64,000 nucleotides of DNA from Nitrosopumilaceae archaeon (GTDB taxonomy: Archaea; Thermoproteota; Nitrososphaeria; Nitrososphaerales; Nitrosopumilaceae): positions 608,001 through 672,000 of the forward strand of contig OZ242365.1 of the NCBI GenBank assembly GCA_965208905.1, given 5' to 3'. The notes beneath the pieces are model-generated. The model was not told the DNA's origin. It did no database searches and saw nothing but the letters and a program-made list of their open reading frames with translations. The position numbers were made by a program, and so were the translations under genes. Below, piece after piece: positions 57,787 to 64,000 of this stretch; positions within the stretch are counted from its first letter, which is position 1, and the number at the start of each line of letters is the position of its first letter.

Positions 57787-57840
57787 GCTCCAAAAATTCA
57801 CCCAACAAGTTTAATAACAGGATTGGCAGTCTCTTAAATT

Positions 57841-60282
57841 ATGTTAGCGCGGCATAATTCGTTTGGGTTTTACATTGCTTTACTAGCAGTAGTCTTCTCT
57901 GTCCCACTTGGTGGTGCATACGCTGAATCCGATATAGATAAAGACGGTATAGATGATTCAATAGACAAGTGTCCAAACCTGCAAGAGGACTATCAAAAAG
58001 CACTAGATGGATGTCCATCCGACTATGTGCCTTGGTACGATGAGGATGGCGATGGTATTGAGGATGAGTTGGACCAGTGCCCGGACCAGATGGAGCGCTA
58101 CAACCAATTTCAGGATACGGACGGCTGTCCTGATACTGTTCCTGGCTCAGGAGAGTTTGGGCTCCCGGACAGTGATCAAGACCGTATAGTGGACCTGATA
58201 GACTTGTGTCCCACACAAGCCGAGAACTATAACGGCATTCAGGATACAGATGGCTGCCCGGACGATTACATAATAAGTAATGATATGGATCAAGACGGTA
58301 TACCAGATGCCCTTGATCACTGCCCTACACTAGATGAGGTATACAACAGATTCATGGATACGGACGGCTGTCCTGATGAGCTCCAAGACCCCCGCATGAT
58401 AGATACCGATGGGGATGGAATACCCGATATGTTTGACTTTTGTGTAACTGAAAGAGAGACCATGAACAACTACCGGGATGCAGATGGTTGCCCGGACACC
58501 ACAAACGGTGGAGTGTTCACCGATACTGATGCTGATGGTGTTGCAGACAGATATGATATCTGTCCCAACGAGCCTGAAACCATAAATCACTATGCTGATT
58601 ATGATGGGTGCCCAGACAGTCTGCCCAACATACTAGGTCCTCCAGATGATGCCGATGGAGATCAAGTACCTGATGGAGTAGATGAGTGCCCACTAGAGCC
58701 GGAACGCTACAACAGATATCAGGATGATGATGGATGTCCTGATATACCACCATACCAGTCCAGCTTGGATGTGGACCGAGACGGTATAATAGACTCACAA
58801 GACCAATGTAAGAATGCCCCCGAAACCTACAACTACTTTGAGGATGCCGATGGCTGCCCTGACTTTGTAGGCGAGGAGTTTGTAATACCCGACAGCGATA
58901 ATGATACAATCGATGATCTAAACGATCACTGCCCCTCCCAAGCCGAAGTATTCAATGGAGTATATGATCATGATGGCTGTCCAGACTCATTTAACACACC
59001 AGACAGGGATCACGACGGATTACCTGACTCAATAGATGCCTGCCCACTACTACGAGAGACATACAACCACATTCAGGATGATGATGGCTGTCCCGAAGAG
59101 GATCCAGGCCTTGGATTTTTGGACTTTGATGATGACCGCATAGGCGACCTAGATGACAAATGCCCCACACAACCTGAGACTCACAATGGCTATCTTGATG
59201 CTGATGGCTGTCCAGACTCATTATTGGCTGATGAGGACGCTGATGGCATACCAGATACAATAGACCAATGCCCCACCACCGCAGAGGTTTGGAACCAATT
59301 CTTTGACTCGGACGGGTGTCCTGATGCGCCCGGCGAGGCCGACACCGACTTTGATGGGATACCTGATAGTGTAGATGAGTGTCCCACCGAGCGTGAGCGA
59401 TTCAACTCGTATCAGGATGAGGATGGCTGTCCCGACTTTGAGCCCTTTATAATAGACTATGATACTGACTTTGATGGCATACCAAACTCAATTGACGACT
59501 GCCCACTAGTTCGTGAGAACTACAACGGATACCAGGATGAGGATGGCTGCCAGGATACTAGGCTTGATGGCAGTACAGTTCCAGACTCGGATGGTGATGG
59601 CATAGCAGACTATGTTGACTTGTGTCCCACCCAGGCTGAAACATTCAACGGCGTATTGGACTTTGATGGCTGTCCGGATCACTACAGTGTGATTCGCGAT
59701 CGTGACTTTGATGGTGTTATTGATGATATAGACCAATGTCCACTAGTTGCTGAGGTGTACAACCGGTATCAAGATGCTGATGGCTGCCCTGATGTCATAC
59801 ACGACTCGCTGATTGTGGATTCGGATAGTGATGGTATAGATGACCGGGATGACTCTTGTCCACTACAACCTGAAGTGTATAACGGCTTTGAAGATACAGA
59901 CGGTTGTCCAGATACAGATGAGAGACTACCGGATACTGATGGTGATGGTGTCCCGGACATATTGGACCTGTGCCCAGACAGCAATGAAATATGGAACAGA
60001 TATCAAGACCTAGATGGCTGCCCCGATGAAGTACCCGATGTACCGCAATCCAACGATACCGATGATGATGGCCTCCCAGACAATATCGATATGTGTCCCA
60101 CCGAGAAAGAGGTCTGGAACAAGTATGAAGATGCTGATGGCTGTCCGGATGTAGTTCCAGAGCAGTCCCGTTACAAGCACGATCTTGACCTGGATGGCAT
60201 ACTAAATTCCAATGACGCGTGTCCCTTGGAGTCTGAAGACTATGACGGAGTTGAGGATACAGATGGCTGCCCGGATCCATAG
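57841..60282 (+). CDS. Secreted thrombospondin type-3-like Ca-binding repeat protein 1
   Basis: Signal peptide; ~20 DxDxDGIxDxxDxCPxxxExxNxxxDxDGCPD repeats. Confidence 0.9.
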   Translation: MLARHNSFGFYIALLAVVFSVPLGGAYAESDIDKDGIDDSIDKCPNLQEDYQKALDGCPSDYVPWYDEDGDGIEDELDQCPDQMERYNQFQDTDGCPDTVPGSGEFGLPDSDQDRIVDLIDLCPTQAENYNGIQDTDGCPDDYIISNDMDQDGIPDALDHCPTLDEVYNRFMDTDGCPDELQDPRMIDTDGDGIPDMFDFCVTERETMNNYRDADGCPDTTNGGVFTDTDADGVADRYDICPNEPETINHYADYDGCPDSLPNILGPPDDADGDQVPDGVDECPLEPERYNRYQDDDGCPDIPPYQSSLDVDRDGIIDSQDQCKNAPETYNYFEDADGCPDFVGEEFVIPDSDNDTIDDLNDHCPSQAEVFNGVYDHDGCPDSFNTPDRDHDGLPDSIDACPLLRETYNHIQDDDGCPEEDPGLGFLDFDDDRIGDLDDKCPTQPETHNGYLDADGCPDSLLADEDADGIPDTIDQCPTTAEVWNQFFDSDGCPDAPGEADTDFDGIPDSVDECPTERERFNSYQDEDGCPDFEPFIIDYDTDFDGIPNSIDDCPLVRENYNGYQDEDGCQDTRLDGSTVPDSDGDGIADYVDLCPTQAETFNGVLDFDGCPDHYSVIRDRDFDGVIDDIDQCPLVAEVYNRYQDADGCPDVIHDSLIVDSDSDGIDDRDDSCPLQPEVYNGFEDTDGCPDTDERLPDTDGDGVPDILDLCPDSNEIWNRYQDLDGCPDEVPDVPQSNDTDDDGLPDNIDMCPTEKEVWNKYEDADGCPDVVPEQSRYKHDLDLDGILNSNDACPLESEDYDGVEDTDGCPDP

Positions 60283-60286
60283 AACA

Positions 60287-62437
60287 ATGACGTATCATGT
60301 CTGGGCTCTAGGAATACTGATACTCACCATAGGTATGATACCCGCATATGCTGCCCCTGTAAGTGATATAGATGATGATGGCATACCAAACAGCGAAGAT
60401 CAGTGCCCGCATATACCCGAAGACTACGATGGGGACGTAACAGACGGCTGCCCTTCTAACTTTGTCCCCTGGTATGATGCTGACTATGATGCTATTCAAG
60501 ACCATCTGGACTTGTGTCCCACGGTCCGCGAGAACTATAATTTATTTAATGATGCTGACGGCTGCCCGGACTCGTCCCCCGCAGACCCGTTTACCATAGT
60601 TGATACTGATGTTGATGGCTTTGTGGATAATATTGACCTATGTCCCACGGCACCCGAGACATTCAACGGCATAGATGATGCTGACGGCTGCCCGGATGAT
60701 GTCAGCGTACTGCGGGATTCGGATGGTGATGGCCTGTCTGATAATGTGGACATGTGCCCCATGCTTCAGGAGACATACAATAGGTATATGGATGCTGACG
60801 GCTGCCCGGATGACGTTACAAACCCCACATCTGAATTCACTTTCCCAGATACTGATGGTGACAATATAGAAGACCGATGGGACTCGTGTGTTGATGAGCC
60901 TGAAAACTTTAACAACTATCTGGACTGGGATGGCTGCGCAGACGTACGGCCTCCGGATCACACACCCATTCCAGATACAGACTATGATGGATTTGCTGAT
61001 GATGTGGACATGTGCCCGGACCGGCGTGAAAACTTTAACAAATTTGAGGATACAGATGGCTGCCCAGACAAATTGGACTTGCCGTTTGTGGGAGACCAAG
61101 ACAATGATGGTATTCTAGACAATGTAGATGCGTGTGTGTACATGAGAGAGGTATACAACATGTTTGAGGATACAGACGGCTGCCCAGACATGATAACTCA
61201 GGAGGCCTCCACCTCGGATACTGACAATGATGGTTTGATAGACAGCATTGATCTCTGCCCCTCGCAGCCTGAAACTGAGAACGACTACCAAGACGGTGAC
61301 GGTTGCCCGGACACCAACGACAACTCACACGACTCAGATCGTGATGGCATAATTGATATGCATGACTCTTGTCCCACCCAGCCTGAGTCATACAACAGAT
61401 ATCAAGATACAGATGGCTGCCCGGACAGCGTGGATACATCCCGCGAAGTATTCCTATTCCCAGATACTGATGGCGATGGTATAGAAGACCGCTGGGACTC
61501 GTGCTTGGACGAGGCTGAAAACTACAATAACTATCTGGATTGGGATGGTTGTCCTGATGAGGAAGGAACCAGTACGGCCCAGCCACTAGATTCTGACTAT
61601 GACGGCATATATGATTCGGTTGATCAATGTCCAGACAGTGCTGAACGCTACAACGACTATCTAGATACAGATGGCTGTCCTGACCTGCCACCATTGAGGG
61701 GGCCGGTACTTGACAGTGACTCTGATGGCATACTAGATACAGCAGATGAGTGTCCAAATGCTCCTGAGACATACAACAGATACATGGACTCGGATGGCTG
61801 TCCAGATTGGCTTGCGAACTTTAGAAGTACCGCGGATAGCGACTCTGATGGCATAATTGATATCTTGGATTTATGTCCCAGTCAGTCTGAGAACTTTAAT
61901 GGAATACAGGATACAGATGGCTGCCCTGACGACTATCCCTCGACCTTTGATAGCGACTCTGATGGCGTATCAAACGAACACGACTTGTGTCCCCATATGC
62001 CTGAGACCTATAATAGGTATCAGGATACAGATGGCTGCCCGGACACTGTAGAATTTACATGGACATTATTTACATTTCCTGATGCAGATGGTGATGGAAT
62101 AGATGACCGCTGGGATGCATGTGTCGATGAGGCCGAAAATTATAACGGCTATCTGGACTGGGACGGCTGCCCGGATGTGCGAGCTGCCGGCTCTACATCG
62201 TTGACCATAGTAGACACAGACAATGATGGCTATGTTGATGTGGTGGATTTGTGTCCACTACACCCTGAAACCTGGAATAAATACAATGATCTTGATGGCT
62301 GCCCAGATGTCACCCCCGAACAAGCCCGATTTATACATGATGCGGACCTTGATGGTATCATAGACAACGATGATCAATGCCCTAATATACCAGAAGACTA
62401 TAACGGTATTGAGGATGATGACGGCTGCCCAGAGTAA
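60287..62437 (+). CDS. Secreted thrombospondin type-3-like repeat protein 2
   Basis: ATG 60287, signal peptide, same repeat. Confidence 0.9.
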   Translation: MTYHVWALGILILTIGMIPAYAAPVSDIDDDGIPNSEDQCPHIPEDYDGDVTDGCPSNFVPWYDADYDAIQDHLDLCPTVRENYNLFNDADGCPDSSPADPFTIVDTDVDGFVDNIDLCPTAPETFNGIDDADGCPDDVSVLRDSDGDGLSDNVDMCPMLQETYNRYMDADGCPDDVTNPTSEFTFPDTDGDNIEDRWDSCVDEPENFNNYLDWDGCADVRPPDHTPIPDTDYDGFADDVDMCPDRRENFNKFEDTDGCPDKLDLPFVGDQDNDGILDNVDACVYMREVYNMFEDTDGCPDMITQEASTSDTDNDGLIDSIDLCPSQPETENDYQDGDGCPDTNDNSHDSDRDGIIDMHDSCPTQPESYNRYQDTDGCPDSVDTSREVFLFPDTDGDGIEDRWDSCLDEAENYNNYLDWDGCPDEEGTSTAQPLDSDYDGIYDSVDQCPDSAERYNDYLDTDGCPDLPPLRGPVLDSDSDGILDTADECPNAPETYNRYMDSDGCPDWLANFRSTADSDSDGIIDILDLCPSQSENFNGIQDTDGCPDDYPSTFDSDSDGVSNEHDLCPHMPETYNRYQDTDGCPDTVEFTWTLFTFPDADGDGIDDRWDACVDEAENYNGYLDWDGCPDVRAAGSTSLTIVDTDNDGYVDVVDLCPLHPETWNKYNDLDGCPDVTPEQARFIHDADLDGIIDNDDQCPNIPEDYNGIEDDDGCPE

Positions 62438-64000
62438 GTATGCAGTGTATGGCCTTGCAGCAGTCCTACTATTGGGGCTGGTAAATACTACACATGCAAT
62501 TCCTGACACTGATGGTGATGGAGTCCCGGATCATATAGACCTGTGTCCAAATCTACTGGAAGACTATGATGAAGAGTATGGACTTGTTATAGACGGTTGC
62601 CCTGCAGACTTTGTGCCTTGGTATGATGCTGACTATGATGGTATACAAGACCATGTGGATGACTGTCCCTCAGTACAAGAGACATACAACAAGTATATGG
62701 ACTCGGACGGATGCCCAGACACATCACCAGAAGCCGAGCAAGCAGGCCATGACAGTGATGGTGATGGCATAGTTGATACTATGGATTTGTGTCCAACACA
62801 GTACGAGTCGTTTAACGGTGTTGATGATCATGACGGATGCCCGGACGACTATATGACTCTACACGACACCGACTTGGATGGCATATCTGATTCATTGGAT
62901 TTGTGTCCAAACGAGTCTGAAGTGTACAACCTGTATATGGATACAGACGGATGCCCGGACACTGTAGAGTCTACCTCAACAACCAATGATGGTCTGCCAG
63001 ATACAGATGGTGATGGAATAGATGACCGCTGGGATACATGTGTTGATGAGGCCGAAAACTATAACGGCTATCTGGACTGGGACGGCTGCCCGGATGTGAC
63101 CGCCGTTACAATCAACACCTGGCTTGATGCCGACTATGACAATATACTAGATGTTGATGATGCATGTCCCAATCAAAGGGAGAACTATAACAATTTTCAG
63201 GATGATGATGGATGCCCAGATGTAATGATTCTGCCTGCTCTAGGCGACTATGATTCAGATGGTATAGCTGATGGTGAGGATATGTGTCCGTTTGAGCGCG
63301 AGGTGTATAACCAATATCTGGACTCGGATGGATGCCCGGACACTGTATCTGATGTTAGGGTTGATATGGATTCGGACTTTGATGGCATAATAGATAGTGT
63401 TGACTTGTGTCCCACTAGGGCCGAGATATACAACGGTGTCCAGGATGACGATGGGTGTCCTGACAGATACATCTCTAGTCTGGACGCTGACGCAGATGGT
63501 ATACCCGACATTAGTGATGCATGTCCACTAGAGCCTGAGGTGTACAACATGTATCAAGATACAGACGGCTGCCCAGATGATGCACCACAAGATGCCAGTA
63601 CATCATTTATCTTTGCAGATGTTGACAATGATGGCGTAGATGACCGCTGGGATACCTGTACTGATGAGGCCGAGACATACAACAACTATCTGGACTGGGA
63701 TGGATGTCCAGACACTGTGGTAACAACGGTGAATACTTGGTTTGATCGTGACTATGATAACATTCCTGACCATCTAGACCTGTGTCCTGATCACCGTGAA
63801 AACTATAACAAGCATATGGACTCAGACGGCTGTCCTGATGCCTTCCCCATAACCACTGTCCTGGACTCAGACTCGGACGGACTCTTGGATGATGCAGACT
63901 TGTGCCCTGCGGTGGCCGAGACATACAACATGTATCAGGACTCAGACGGCTGCCCGGATATAACCCCGGCAGGAACGATAAACCCTGACTCTGACTTTGA
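62418..64000 (+). CDS. Secreted thrombospondin type-3-like repeat protein 3 (3' truncated; not in the ORF track)
   Basis: YGLAAVLLLGLVNTTHA-IPDTDGDGVPDHIDLCP...; open to the window end; start 62415/62418/62445. Confidence 0.88.
   Translation, partial: MTAAQSKYAVYGLAAVLLLGLVNTTHAIPDTDGDGVPDHIDLCPNLLEDYDEEYGLVIDGCPADFVPWYDADYDGIQDHVDDCPSVQETYNKYMDSDGCPDTSPEAEQAGHDSDGDGIVDTMDLCPTQYESFNGVDDHDGCPDDYMTLHDTDLDGISDSLDLCPNESEVYNLYMDTDGCPDTVESTSTTNDGLPDTDGDGIDDRWDTCVDEAENYNGYLDWDGCPDVTAVTINTWLDADYDNILDVDDACPNQRENYNNFQDDDGCPDVMILPALGDYDSDGIADGEDMCPFEREVYNQYLDSDGCPDTVSDVRVDMDSDFDGIIDSVDLCPTRAEIYNGVQDDDGCPDRYISSLDADADGIPDISDACPLEPEVYNMYQDTDGCPDDAPQDASTSFIFADVDNDGVDDRWDTCTDEAETYNNYLDWDGCPDTVVTTVNTWFDRDYDNIPDHLDLCPDHRENYNKHMDSDGCPDAFPITTVLDSDSDGLLDDADLCPAVAETYNMYQDSDGCPDITPAGTINPDSDF

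Overview
This is an archaeal chromosome segment, most consistent with an ammonia-oxidising thaumarchaeote (Nitrosopumilaceae). The markers are rpl37e/Lsm, KEOPS kae1/bud32, an ADP-forming 4-hydroxybutyrate-CoA ligase-like gene, and PEFG-CTERM and CFI-box-CTERM proteins. The heavy IS load and repeat-expanded proteins suggest a host-associated lineage (inference). The window holds housekeeping genes, 4 tRNAs, several IS3/IS481/IS5 elements or remnants, a defence island and three tandem thrombospondin-3-repeat secreted proteins. The island has a DNA methylase, dnd phosphorothioation genes with a doubly disrupted dndB, a DUF262-DUF1524 SspE/GmrSD-like nuclease and an HD hydrolase + YwgA-like pair. 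The standout observation is a family of elements sharing a ~21-bp terminal inverted repeat (GGTTCCTCCCGCAAGGnCGGG-like) with 8-bp target duplications, which is IS6-like DDE architecture. One carries a full-length tnpB RNA-guided nuclease with all three RuvC catalytic residues (5052-6567, TSD ACAAGTAC). One carries only a tnpB 3' end (18859-19354, TSD CCCTCATG). One carries the 5' end of a SWIM-domain transposase (38148-38632). TnpB therefore appears to be mobilised by a TIR/DDE transposon rather than by IS200/IS605 or IS607 machinery. All calls are from reading the sequence; no searches were run.
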